Positions 28,599-37,568 of a stretch of DNA of 64,000 nt are shown in pieces. Within the stretch, counting starts at the first letter, position 1; the number at the start of each line of letters is the position of its first letter. The position numbers and the translations under genes were made by a program. The stretch is taken from contig SUXE01000006.1 in assembly GCA_015061115.1 (NCBI GenBank), positions 1 to 64,000 on the forward strand. The letters run 5' to 3'. The notes under the pieces are model-generated. The model saw nothing but the letters and a program-made list of their open reading frames with translations. It searched no databases and was not told the DNA's origin. The stretch comes from Bacteroidales bacterium. GTDB taxonomy: Bacteria; Bacteroidota; Bacteroidia; Bacteroidales; Paludibacteraceae.

Positions 28599-28851
28599 GG
28601 TATTGGAAGCACTGCATTTAGTGCAAGAAATGAAGAAACGCAACAAAGAAAGGGAGTTGTCGGCTGTATCTTATAGCGAAGATAAAAGAGAATACTTCCG
28701 TATAGCGTCGCGTCGCGCGAGAGCTAAAAATTATGAGCAGATGCGTGCGTACCATAGGGAATACTATCGTCTGCATAGAGAAGAGATTAGAGAGAGGCAA
28801 AGGGAATACCGCAGGAAAAGAAAGGAGTCAGATCAAAAATCTAAAAAATAA
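28591..28851 (+). CDS. Small highly basic Arg/Lys/Glu-rich protein (hypothetical)
   Basis: Start chosen at the overlapping ATGAGTAA junction; REYRRKRKE-type sequence. Confidence 0.35.
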   Translation: MSKVLEALHLVQEMKKRNKERELSAVSYSEDKREYFRIASRRARAKNYEQMRAYHREYYRLHREEIRERQREYRRKRKESDQKSKK

Positions 28852-29153
28852 TGCTCATGAGACATAAAAATGATAATATGTATGTTTATGTTGTGTCTAA
28901 GATCAAGTGGCAAGAGACACAAGTCATAAGACATGGGAATGTGGTGTATCGCACATGTGAAGGTTCGTACAAGCACTTGAAGGTAATTCGCAAGACTATG
29001 CATGAACGGTTTTCCAATGGGAATGGCTGGAAACTCCCTAAAGTGAAGTATATCTGCGACGGTGGAGTTTGGGATTCATCAGTTAAAATGGGAGTTTATC
29101 TTAAAACATTAGATAGAGAAGAGAAAAAACAAAAACAAATAAAAAATGAGTGA
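28851..29153 (+). CDS. Hypothetical phage protein
   Basis: 100-aa ORF. Confidence 0.4.
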   Translation: MLMRHKNDNMYVYVVSKIKWQETQVIRHGNVVYRTCEGSYKHLKVIRKTMHERFSNGNGWKLPKVKYICDGGVWDSSVKMGVYLKTLDREEKKQKQIKNE

Positions 29154-30405
29154 TAGAATAACACATGCGTCGGTATTCAGTGGCATTGGTGCTTCTGAAC
29201 TGGCTGCGGAAATGTTAGGGTGGAAAAATCTTTTCCATTGCGAAATTAACGAATTTGGACGTAAGGTGTTAAATTATCATTTCCCTAATGCAAGAAGCTA
29301 TGAAGATGTTACAACAACAGATTTCTCCGAATTTCGGGGAAAAGTTACGGTTCTTACAGGAGGATTTCCTTGTCAGCCGTTTAGCTATGCCGGGAAGCGA
29401 AGAGGCTCGGAAGATGACCGCTACCTCTGGCCGTACATGCTCAATTGCATTAACCAAGTCAGACCCACTTGGTTTATTGGCGAAAATGTTGCTGGAATCA
29501 CCACGATGGTATTCCCCAGTGAGGATGTTAAGGTGGGAGAGCAAGCCGATTTGTTTGGAGAAGGTGACGGTTATGAGATATATGAAAAACGTGAAAAATA
29601 CGTCCTCGGTGGAATCTATGGAAACCTTGAAAATATCGGATATTCCGTCCAGACATTCATTGTTCCGGCTTGTGCCGTGGGAGCTCCCCACCGACGAGAC
29701 AGAATTTTTATCGTCGCACACAGACCTTCTGAAGACTCCGACTGCGTTCGATGCGGAGGTGACGACAGGGAAGAAGAACCCCAAAGCAGGAAATTCGGGA
29801 TGTCTTGCGCAGGAAGTGATGAGTGGATATGTAAAAAAGAGGATGCTAGGCCTTCTCCCAACACCGACAGCACAAGACAATCCACACCCGACAAACAAAA
29901 TAGACGAGAATGGGAGAAGATGGACGGAAGGAGCGAAAGCAAGTCATTCGATGGGGTTGGCAGACATGGCTTATATGGGATTGCTTCCGACACCGCAAGC
30001 GAGCGAGGGAGAAAAATTCGCAAACAAATACAAACCAAGCTCTCAAATGGGGCGAAGTCTTTCCGCAATGGCAGGTGGAGGATTGCTTCCTACGCCAAGG
30101 GCAAACGTAGTGACAGATTTGAATCTGAACAGCGAGGGGCTTGCAAATCGGAATCATGCGAATTTAGAAGAAAGAATTGCAGCATGCGTTTGTCGCTTGA
30201 AGACAGATGGCGACATTTCCCGACTCAATCCCCTGTTTACAGAGGAAATGATGGGTTTTCCTTTAATGTGGACAGCCTTACCATTTCTTTCGCAAAATGG
30301 AAAAAAGAAACACTAAAAGCCTATGGCAATGCGATTGTGCCGCAGGTGATGTATGAAATATTTTTAATGATAGATGAAATTGAAAAAATGAAAAAAAATA
30401 TATGA
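29146..30405 (+). CDS. DNA (cytosine-5)-methyltransferase. The conserved core is in frame 1 and the target-recognition domain (TRD) is in the +1 frame, between two compensating frameshifts; it may be recoded, phase-variable or mis-sequenced.
   Basis: Frame 1 carries motif I FSGIGASELA, IV GGFPCQPFS, VI ENVAG and VIII RRDRIFIVAHR (up to ~29724), plus motif X YGNAIVPQV at the 3' end (from ~30307). The +1 frame (ORF 29288..30316) carries four ~40-aa repeats LLKTPTAFD/LLPTPTAQD/LLPTPQASE/LLPTPRANV, analogous to the TRD TL(T/S)A motif, and the pre-motif-X segment EEMMGFPLMWT. The second shift site GG_AAA_AAG_AAA (30299-30309) is an X_XXY_YYZ heptamer in register. Confidence 0.75.
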   Translation: MSDRITHASVFSGIGASELAAEMLGWKNLFHCEINEFGRKVLNYHFPNARSYEDVTTTDFSEFRGKVTVLTGGFPCQPFSYAGKRRGSEDDRYLWPYMLNCINQVRPTWFIGENVAGITTMVFPSEDVKVGEQADLFGEGDGYEIYEKREKYVLGGIYGNLENIGYSVQTFIVPACAVGAPHRRDRIFIVAHRPSEDSDCVRCGGDDREEEPQSRKFGMSCAGSDEWICKKEDARPSPNTDSTRQSTPDKQNRREWEKMDGRSESKSFDGVGRHGLYGIASDTASERGRKIRKQIQTKLSNGAKSFRNGRWRIASYAKGKRSDRFESEQRGACKSESCEFRRKNCSMRLSLEDRWRHFPTQSPVYRGNDGFSFNVDSLTISFAKWKKETLKAYGNAIVPQVMYEIFLMIDEIEKMKKNI

Positions 30406-30495
30406 CATTAATTCGACAAATCATTTCAAGTATCAATTTGAAATGATTTGTTTTGTGTTAAAAACATTCTATTTTTGCAAAAAAATAACCTTAAT

Positions 30496-31785
30496 ATGAA
30501 ATTTAAAGAAATTAGCCTAAACTTACTTGAGTTAAACGTAGGTCAAATTGAGGGGTTGCCTGGTAATCCACGAAAAATCAGTGCTGAGAAATTAGAGTTG
30601 CTGAAAAAAGATATACAAGATTATCCCGAATTACTGGAAATGCGAGGCTTGATTGTGTATCCGCATAATGAAAAGTTTGTTCTGATTGGAGGAAACATGC
30701 GATATCGGGCAATGTTGGAGTTAGGGTATGATACAGCTCCATGCATTGTGGTGTCTAAGGATGCCAGTGTAGAAAAGTTAAAAGCTTATACAATTTTGGA
30801 CAACGCACCATTTGGCGAATGGGATTGGGAAGCGTTGTCTAATGATTGGGATGAGGCTAGTCTAATAGATTGGGGATTAACTATGCCAGAATTCGAAAAA
30901 GAGGAAACAAAAGAAAGTGCTGAAGACGATGATTTTGATGAGGCTAAAGATGTAATAGAAACTCGATGCCAGACTGGAGATTTGTGGTTGCTTGGTGAGC
31001 ATCGGTTGCTTTGCGGTGATTCTACTAAAAAAAATGATGTTGCACGTCTAATGGATGGGGAAAGGGCTTCGTTGTGGATAACCGATCCTCCTTATAATGT
31101 GGCTGTTACAAACAGTAAGGGAATGACGATTGCGAACGATAATATGTCGGCTTCCGATTTTTATAGATTTCTTGAATTTGCTTTTGCTTCAGCGTCCTCT
31201 TTTTTGGTGGATGGATGCCCCTTTTATGTTTGGTTTGCGTCAAAAGAGCATATTAATTTTGAGACAGCACTAAATGCAGTTGGCTTAATAGTTCGTCAAG
31301 AACTGATATGGAACAAAAATGCTTTTATCTTAGGACGTTCGCATTATCAATGGAAGCATGAACCATGCTTGTATGGTTGGAAAGGAGATGTGTGTAAATA
31401 TTTTACTAATTCGAGAAATCAGTCAACCGTCATATCTGATGAATTGGAATTAAATATTGATAAAATGAAAAAAGAACAAATGCGTGATTTGTTAAAAGAA
31501 ATTTTGTCAGATAAGATGCCAACTTCCGTGATCGATGAAAACAAACCCTTAAAAGATGAAGACCACCCGACCATGAAGCCGGTAAGACTGTTTGGCTATT
31601 TGATTGCAAATTCGTCGCAAAATAATGATATTGTATTAGACAATTTCGGTGGTAGTGGAACGACTTTGATTGCCTGTGAACAATTAGGACGCAAGGCGAG
31701 ACTTATAGAAATAGATCCTCATTATTGTGATGTCATAATTGCAAGATGGGAAAAGTATACTGGAAAAACAGCAGAGAAGATATAG
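30496..31785 (+). CDS. ParB-like nuclease domain fused to an N6-adenine/N4-cytosine DNA methyltransferase
   Basis: N-terminal ParB/Srx motif (GGNMRYRA). DPPY motif ITDPPYNV; SAM motif FGGSGTT. Start chosen at MKFKEISL. Confidence 0.85.
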   Translation: MKFKEISLNLLELNVGQIEGLPGNPRKISAEKLELLKKDIQDYPELLEMRGLIVYPHNEKFVLIGGNMRYRAMLELGYDTAPCIVVSKDASVEKLKAYTILDNAPFGEWDWEALSNDWDEASLIDWGLTMPEFEKEETKESAEDDDFDEAKDVIETRCQTGDLWLLGEHRLLCGDSTKKNDVARLMDGERASLWITDPPYNVAVTNSKGMTIANDNMSASDFYRFLEFAFASASSFLVDGCPFYVWFASKEHINFETALNAVGLIVRQELIWNKNAFILGRSHYQWKHEPCLYGWKGDVCKYFTNSRNQSTVISDELELNIDKMKKEQMRDLLKEILSDKMPTSVIDENKPLKDEDHPTMKPVRLFGYLIANSSQNNDIVLDNFGGSGTTLIACEQLGRKARLIEIDPHYCDVIIARWEKYTGKTAEKI

Positions 31786-31787
31786 GT

Positions 31788-32171
31788 ATGGATAATTTTG
31801 TCAAACGTATAAATCCGTTGTCTAAACCAGTTGTGTATACTGCAGAATCATTGTGGGCTAAATTTGTTGATTATTGTTGTTGGTGTGAATGTAACGCTAT
31901 TGAATTACCAGCAGCCATAAGCCTTAAAGGAAAAAAACAAGTGGATTGTCGTACAGAAAAAAAAATAACGGTAAAAAGGCCTTACTTGATAAGTGATTTT
32001 TCTTTGTGGGCTGATATTGACAATTGGGAGGCTTTTAAAACAAAAAATATGCGAAGTGATGGCTTTGCAAAGGTTATTGATTATATAGAAAAAACAATAA
32101 AAAATCAACAAACTATAGGCATAGTTACAGGAATGTACTATGCGACGGTTAAAACACGGCATTTGATGTGA
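31788..32171 (+). CDS. Hypothetical phage protein
   Basis: ORF beginning MDNFVKRIN, just after the methyltransferase stop. Confidence 0.4.
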   Translation: MDNFVKRINPLSKPVVYTAESLWAKFVDYCCWCECNAIELPAAISLKGKKQVDCRTEKKITVKRPYLISDFSLWADIDNWEAFKTKNMRSDGFAKVIDYIEKTIKNQQTIGIVTGMYYATVKTRHLM

Positions 32172-32207
32172 AGATTTTTTTTTATTTTTGCAAAAAAAAT
32201 GTAAACT

Positions 32208-32882
32208 ATGAAAAGGACTTTTTTGTTAATGTTGCTCTTAGCAGTTTTTGCTCTTAGCAGTGCACAGGTAATGTGTGTCAAGGTGTATGAGGATTTGGAT
32301 CGTTGGAAAAGGCTAAAGCAAGAAAATGTTATTGCTTGGGCAACTACACTAAAAGATTCTGCATTTTATGGCTTTAACCAAGTTGACGAATTAGAAGGTG
32401 AATATGTGATTCTGTTGGACTCTTCTCGTAAGGTGGCGGATTTGAAGGATATCACTATGGATTTTTTCAGCAAAAAATTCACGCTCACGTCGCATTGGAA
32501 AAGTGACATAAAAAACAGAATGGAGCTAAAGGAAACAGGCACTAATTCGATGTATTTTCATGCAGTATATACAAAAGCGTCTTACTTGGCTTCTGGGTTA
32601 GCGGAACATGTCATTGATATTGATGTTGTTTTTATCGTGAAGTTTAAGGAAGACAAAATTAAGATGACAATCGCTATACCAAGTTATCAATATTATAGCG
32701 GAACAAAAAGCGACGTAAGGAAGATTGGCGTATATCCGCCGTTTCAGTCGTATGGGACAAGTCGGAAGGAGCGTAGAGACGACACGTTTTTTTGCAAGGC
32801 ATACATTAAAGCATGTGAATGTATTCTTGATTATACAAAATCGTATTGCGAATACTTAAATAAAAACTTAGGTGAGTGGTAG
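32208..32882 (+). CDS. Secreted hypothetical protein (signal peptide)
   Basis: MKRTFLLMLLLAVFALSSAQ signal peptide. Confidence 0.5.
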   Translation: MKRTFLLMLLLAVFALSSAQVMCVKVYEDLDRWKRLKQENVIAWATTLKDSAFYGFNQVDELEGEYVILLDSSRKVADLKDITMDFFSKKFTLTSHWKSDIKNRMELKETGTNSMYFHAVYTKASYLASGLAEHVIDIDVVFIVKFKEDKIKMTIAIPSYQYYSGTKSDVRKIGVYPPFQSYGTSRKERRDDTFFCKAYIKACECILDYTKSYCEYLNKNLGEW

Positions 32883-32905
32883 AGCGAAAGTATAAAAAAA
32901 CAAAA

Positions 32906-32937
32906 AAATGCAGGATTACAGTCCTGCATTTTTTTGT
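32906..32937 (+). terminator. Rho-independent terminator (ATGCAGGA-ttacag-TCCTGCAT plus T7)
   Basis: Seen directly; it ends the early/modification module. Confidence 0.6.
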
Positions 32938-33003
32938 TTCGATTTTTGTTATGGCTGTTTTTTATGATTCTTAAAAAGATATATTTGTGGCGTTTGAATA
33001 TAT

Positions 33004-33300
33004 GTGACAATGGAGGTAAGAAAAAGAATTAATCTAAGTGTTGATGTTGACACGTACAGTCGGTTGTCTCGATTTGCTAAGAGTCGACGATACAAGAATG
33101 AATGCGAACTGGTGATGAGCATGATAAATGTTATGCTTGATTGCCTTGTTCCTATTGAAAAAAAGCGTTTCGATATACCAGAGGACGATGCAATGTATAT
33201 CAATGAAATGTTTGCTCAAATGTCTTATTCAGCAACAAAACAGGCAGATGGTGATGGAGGAGTCGCAATCACAAGAAGAAATAAAAAAAACAATGTATGA
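33004..33300 (+). CDS. Hypothetical phage protein
   Basis: 98-aa ORF. Confidence 0.35.
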   Translation: MTMEVRKRINLSVDVDTYSRLSRFAKSRRYKNECELVMSMINVMLDCLVPIEKKRFDIPEDDAMYINEMFAQMSYSATKQADGDGGVAITRRNKKNNV

Positions 33301-33632
33301 AAGTAGATGGAGTATATAGACGTTATATATCATCACGTCGATGGCTGAGGCTAAGACGTGAAAAGATGACTGTTTGCCCATTGTGCGAGGAATGTGCTAA
33401 GGATGATAGATGCACTGCAGCAACGGAAGTGCATCATCGAATACCTGTTGAGTCTGTTAAGTCTTACACGGAACAACAACGCTTGATGTTTGATTTCACT
33501 AATCTTATGTCGGTCTGTCATGAGTGTCATGTTAGACTTCATATAGGCTTAAAGAAGCAAACTAAAGAAGAAACCATAAAACGGAATAAAGACCAAGTAG
33601 AAAGAATCATTGAAAAATTTTTTGCTGATTAA
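33297..33632 (+). CDS. HNH endonuclease
   Basis: CPLCEEC...HHRIPV...CHECHVRLH zinc-finger HNH motif; sits adjacent to the terminase genes. Confidence 0.8.
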   Translation: MKVDGVYRRYISSRRWLRLRREKMTVCPLCEECAKDDRCTAATEVHHRIPVESVKSYTEQQRLMFDFTNLMSVCHECHVRLHIGLKKQTKEETIKRNKDQVERIIEKFFAD

Positions 33633-33633
33633 T

Positions 33634-33723
33634 GGGGGGGTGTTTTTTTTATAGGGGGGAGGGGGTGCAAACCCCGCCCCTAACCCTCTTTCACACACGT
33701 GCAATTTTTGGGGGCTTGGGGGG
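33634..33723 (+). other. G-tract element (G7, G6-a-G5, G4, G6, plus a C4-g-C4 partner) between the HNH and TerS genes; candidate cos/pac site or G-quadruplex-forming element
   Basis: Seen directly: atggggggg...atagggggga gggggtgcaaaccccgcccc...tttttgggggcttgggggg. The minus-strand ORF 33549..33752 here is spurious (it translates as a Pro/Gly run). Confidence 0.4.
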
Positions 33724-33754
33724 ATAAGAAAAATGACAAAAATGACACACATAT

Positions 33755-34450
33755 ATGCGTAAGGGAACTAGAAATAAAAAAAAAGAAAAAATGCTAGAAG
33801 AATTATCTGCATCTAGGGGGATAATTAAAATAGCATGTGATCGATCGGGAATTTCTCGCAACACTTTTTATGAATGGATTAAACAAGATCCCGAATTCAA
33901 AAAAGCTGTTGACATTATACAGGAAGAGCAAATAGATTTTGTTGAAAGCCGTTTGTTGGATAATATCAATGAAGGAGATACTCAGGCATCTACATTTTAT
34001 TTGAAAACAAAAGGAAAGGGCAGAGGTTATACAGAGAGAGATATCCCACAAACTTCTGCTGCATTAGTCCAAAACAACGCACCTGACATAGATGTCATGA
34101 AACTTGTGCAAAGTAAAATTGACGAATTGACAGCATTGCTCAAAGAACAAGGTCGATATTCTTCAGCTTACAACATACAAATCAAAATTGCGGCACAATT
34201 GTGTGTAAAGACAGATATGTTATTTGAGGAAACGTTGAAGCCAAATCATAAAGCGATAAATGTTCAGATATCACGTGAGGGGAATGAGCGAGAAACAATA
34301 TCTGCAACAGAGTCTTTATATAAGCAATATGCAGTTCACTGTCAGACTGCATTGCGTGCATTAGGACTTAATACAGATGGTAAGAAAATAGAAATAGATG
34401 ACGATTCTTTTGATCGTTTTTTTGAGGATATGAATAGAGAAGAAGAATGA
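33755..34450 (+). CDS. Terminase small subunit (HTH)
   Basis: N-terminal HTH (ASRGIIKIACDRSGISRNTFYEWIKQDPEFKKAV); immediately upstream of the large terminase. Confidence 0.6.
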   Translation: MRKGTRNKKKEKMLEELSASRGIIKIACDRSGISRNTFYEWIKQDPEFKKAVDIIQEEQIDFVESRLLDNINEGDTQASTFYLKTKGKGRGYTERDIPQTSAALVQNNAPDIDVMKLVQSKIDELTALLKEQGRYSSAYNIQIKIAAQLCVKTDMLFEETLKPNHKAINVQISREGNERETISATESLYKQYAVHCQTALRALGLNTDGKKIEIDDDSFDRFFEDMNREEE

Positions 34451-36219
34451 CAGAGGAACACAAACAGGAAGAAAGAGAGTGGAAACACAAAACAATCAGC
34501 GAATTGATAATGCTGCGTTGTTTAATGTTCACCACTTATCTACATGCATTTAATGTAGATGATAGATTGACTAAATACGTGCGACAAGTAATTGCATATC
34601 CGGCAAAACACAATTTGTATGAGTTGCTGGCTGTGCGTCGGTTTTTTTATTTGCTGGACAAATATCAGTTTAAAGCAAGTAAATTTAAAAAATTTGTTAA
34701 ATGCTATGAAACTTTGAAGTTTAGCGGAATAAATGAACGTCGTCGCTATAAATTGACTCCTATTCAATGTTTCCAATACGCTAACATTTATGGTTTTGTC
34801 GACAATCAAGGTCGACGATTGACACGTGACGTGTATATATTTGTCCCACGAAAATTTAGCAAAACAACATCGACTGCAGGAATGGCCGTCTTTGAATTGT
34901 TCTGTGGCGAATATAATGCACAAGCATATTGTGCAGCAAATTCATACAAACAAGCAAAAATTTTATTTGATGAAATTCGAAAAATTCTTAAATCAATAGA
35001 TCCAGGTCAACGACATTTTAAGATTAATCGAGAAATGGTTACATGGGATGATGGAAGAAAAGAATCGTTTTGCCAATGTCTAGCATCAAATTCAGACACA
35101 CAAGACGGTTTGTTTGCATCTCTTGTCATTATGGATGAATATAGTCAAGCAAAAGATACTGCTGGGCACAATGGAGCAGATCTTAAAAACACATTGACTA
35201 CATCTATGGGGCCACGAAAAGAACCTCTTACTGTTGTTATAACAACTGCGTCTAGTGTTATAGATGGCCCATGTGCTAGAGAGATCGCAGGAGTCAAAAA
35301 AGTTCTTAAGGGAATGATCATTAATGATCGAGTTTTTGCATCTTTGTTTATGCCTGATGTAGACGATGCAGAAGATGATCCAGCGACTTGGGCAAAAGTA
35401 CAACCCCATATGGGCATTACTGTTGAGCCAGACTTTTATGAAGAAGAATACAAAAAAGCCCTTTTGTCTTCAGATTCAATGCTTGCGTTCCGCACTAAAT
35501 TGCTTAATAAATTTGCAATTGATGAGACTTTAAGTTGGATATCACTAAAGTTTATTAAAGAACATAGTGTTGATAAAGATTTGTGTAGTTTACAAAGGGA
35601 TTATCCTGACGCAATGTGTGCGATTGATTTAAGTGAAAGCGATGATTTTTCAGCGGTCACGTTTGGAATATATGATTATGAAAAAAAATCGTTTTTTTTT
35701 CATACAAAATATTTTTTTCCTAGAGGTGCTTTGGAGAAACATGAAAATCGACGTTTGTATGAAATATGGGCAGAGCAGGGATATCTAACGTTGACAGAAG
35801 GAGATGTTATAGATTATGAAGTAATTGCTAATTATATTCTTGACACGAATAAATATGTTCGTGTACTTAACATTGGCTACGACTCCTGGAAAAGCACTGA
35901 ATTAATTAATATATTAGCGGCTTGCTTAGGTGCTGATGCTCCTTATGTGCTAAAGTCTGTGTCTCAGACTTATGGCAGTTTTAATGCACCTGTTGAATCG
36001 TTTGAGCATGGAATAAAAACGGGGAAAATTAAAATAAATCGCAATCCAATAAATGACTATTGTTTTGCGAATGCGGTTATTGATGTTGACAATATGGATA
36101 ATAAAAAGCCAATTAAACGTGGGTCTGGAACAGGTAAAGGGAAAACAAATAAAAACAAGATAGATGGGGTAATAACTAAATTAATGTGCATGCGGTTGTT
36201 TATTGATTGTGTAAGATAA
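34447..36219 (+). CDS. Terminase large subunit
   Basis: 590 aa. Walker-A-like PRKFSKTT; Walker B/DE LVIMDEY; C-terminal nuclease-like region. Confidence 0.8.
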   Translation: MTEEHKQEEREWKHKTISELIMLRCLMFTTYLHAFNVDDRLTKYVRQVIAYPAKHNLYELLAVRRFFYLLDKYQFKASKFKKFVKCYETLKFSGINERRRYKLTPIQCFQYANIYGFVDNQGRRLTRDVYIFVPRKFSKTTSTAGMAVFELFCGEYNAQAYCAANSYKQAKILFDEIRKILKSIDPGQRHFKINREMVTWDDGRKESFCQCLASNSDTQDGLFASLVIMDEYSQAKDTAGHNGADLKNTLTTSMGPRKEPLTVVITTASSVIDGPCAREIAGVKKVLKGMIINDRVFASLFMPDVDDAEDDPATWAKVQPHMGITVEPDFYEEEYKKALLSSDSMLAFRTKLLNKFAIDETLSWISLKFIKEHSVDKDLCSLQRDYPDAMCAIDLSESDDFSAVTFGIYDYEKKSFFFHTKYFFPRGALEKHENRRLYEIWAEQGYLTLTEGDVIDYEVIANYILDTNKYVRVLNIGYDSWKSTELINILAACLGADAPYVLKSVSQTYGSFNAPVESFEHGIKTGKIKINRNPINDYCFANAVIDVDNMDNKKPIKRGSGTGKGKTNKNKIDGVITKLMCMRLFIDCVR

Positions 36220-36344
36220 TATTTAGCGGTTTTTTAATCGCTTTTTTATGTTTTTTGGCATAAAACAAACAAAAAACCGCTTTTCCCTTAAAAAAATGGT
36301 ACCAAAATCACCTAAATCTATGTATAGTAGAGAGCATAGATTTT

Positions 36345-37568
36345 ATGGGAATATTTAAAGCCATTGGAAATATATTCAAACGTAGTACTCAAAATGGGCA
36401 AAGAGAAGATTCTTCTTTGCCTAGATTGGGTGCATCCACGATTTTTACGACTGCTACAGGAGGCAATCCGCTAAATATTTCAACAGTATATCACTGTGTT
36501 GATTTCTTATCAAGCAAAATTGCAGCATTGCCAATCCAATATATGCGATTGAAAGGAGATATCTATGTCGAAGACAAAGAACATCCATTGCATTATCTTT
36601 TGCAGGTGCAGCCTAACCCGGCAATGTCTGCTTTTGATTTTTGGAAAATGGTTGTTCAGTACGTGTTGTTGAGGGGTAATGCTTATATTGTTCCTGTGTA
36701 TGGTGGAGAACTCTTTTATTCTTCGTTGGCACTGCTAGACCCCGACAATGTTACACATAATACAGAAAATGATACTTATACGATTATAACTAGTAATTTG
36801 ACGTTAAATGAAGATGAAGTAATACACATCAAGAATTTTAGTTTAGATGGCAAAAGGGGGTTGTCAACCTTAACATATGCAAGACTTACATCAGATATTG
36901 CATTAGTATCAGATAAAGAGTCTCTTAATCGAATGGAGGTAGGAGTAAGAGGAATTGTTTCTAATGCAAGTGGAGATGTACGTGGGTTTGGTGCTTATCA
37001 GGATAAAGAGCTTAAAAAAACGGCTATAGATTTAGACGCTCGATTTAGAGGAGGAGAAAGAATTGTTAGTTTGCCAGGACAAACACAGTTTTCGCCAATA
37101 GCTCTAACGTCTGCTGATATGCAATTTTTAGAAACTAAAAAGTTTAATTTGAGAGACATATGCCGTTTTTTCAGCGTGTCACCAATTTTTGTTTATGATG
37201 ATTCAAGCAACAATTACAAGACAGCAGAATTGGCTAATGTAGAATTGATGTCTGATACGTTGTACCCCTTTTTAAGGAAAATAGAACTTGAATTGCATCG
37301 CAAACTTGTGCCTCGTTCATTGAGTTGTAAACGACAATTTAAATTTAATTTGCTTGATTTGCTGGCTTGTGATTTGGACAGTAAAGTCAAGTATCAGACT
37401 TCTACGATTGCGGCAGGTCTTGCAACAGTCAATGAGTGGAGAAAAAAAGAAAACAAGCCAGCTGTTGAAGGAGGTGACACAGTGTTAGTGTCAGCAAACC
37501 TTAAAAGTCTTCAAAATCTTATAAATGAAAATAAACAAAATGGGGAAGGACAAACAGGTATTAATTAG
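36345..37568 (+). CDS. Portal protein (HK97 family-like)
   Basis: 407 aa, positioned between the terminase and the prohead protease. Confidence 0.6.
   Translation: MGIFKAIGNIFKRSTQNGQREDSSLPRLGASTIFTTATGGNPLNISTVYHCVDFLSSKIAALPIQYMRLKGDIYVEDKEHPLHYLLQVQPNPAMSAFDFWKMVVQYVLLRGNAYIVPVYGGELFYSSLALLDPDNVTHNTENDTYTIITSNLTLNEDEVIHIKNFSLDGKRGLSTLTYARLTSDIALVSDKESLNRMEVGVRGIVSNASGDVRGFGAYQDKELKKTAIDLDARFRGGERIVSLPGQTQFSPIALTSADMQFLETKKFNLRDICRFFSVSPIFVYDDSSNNYKTAELANVELMSDTLYPFLRKIELELHRKLVPRSLSCKRQFKFNLLDLLACDLDSKVKYQTSTIAAGLATVNEWRKKENKPAVEGGDTVLVSANLKSLQNLINENKQNGEGQTGIN

Noticed and set aside
29700-30300. The frame-1 reading of the methyltransferase middle region (Ser/Arg/Lys/Glu-rich stretch) as the genuine TRD
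   Set aside because: It is low-complexity and has no methyltransferase motifs. The +1 frame instead contains four TPTA-D TRD-like repeats and the conserved MGFP...W segment. The stop-free frames reflect locally elevated GC content.
33549-33752. 67-aa minus-strand ORF
   Set aside because: It translates the G/C tracts as a poly-Pro/Gly run; the region is better explained as a non-coding cos/G-tract element.
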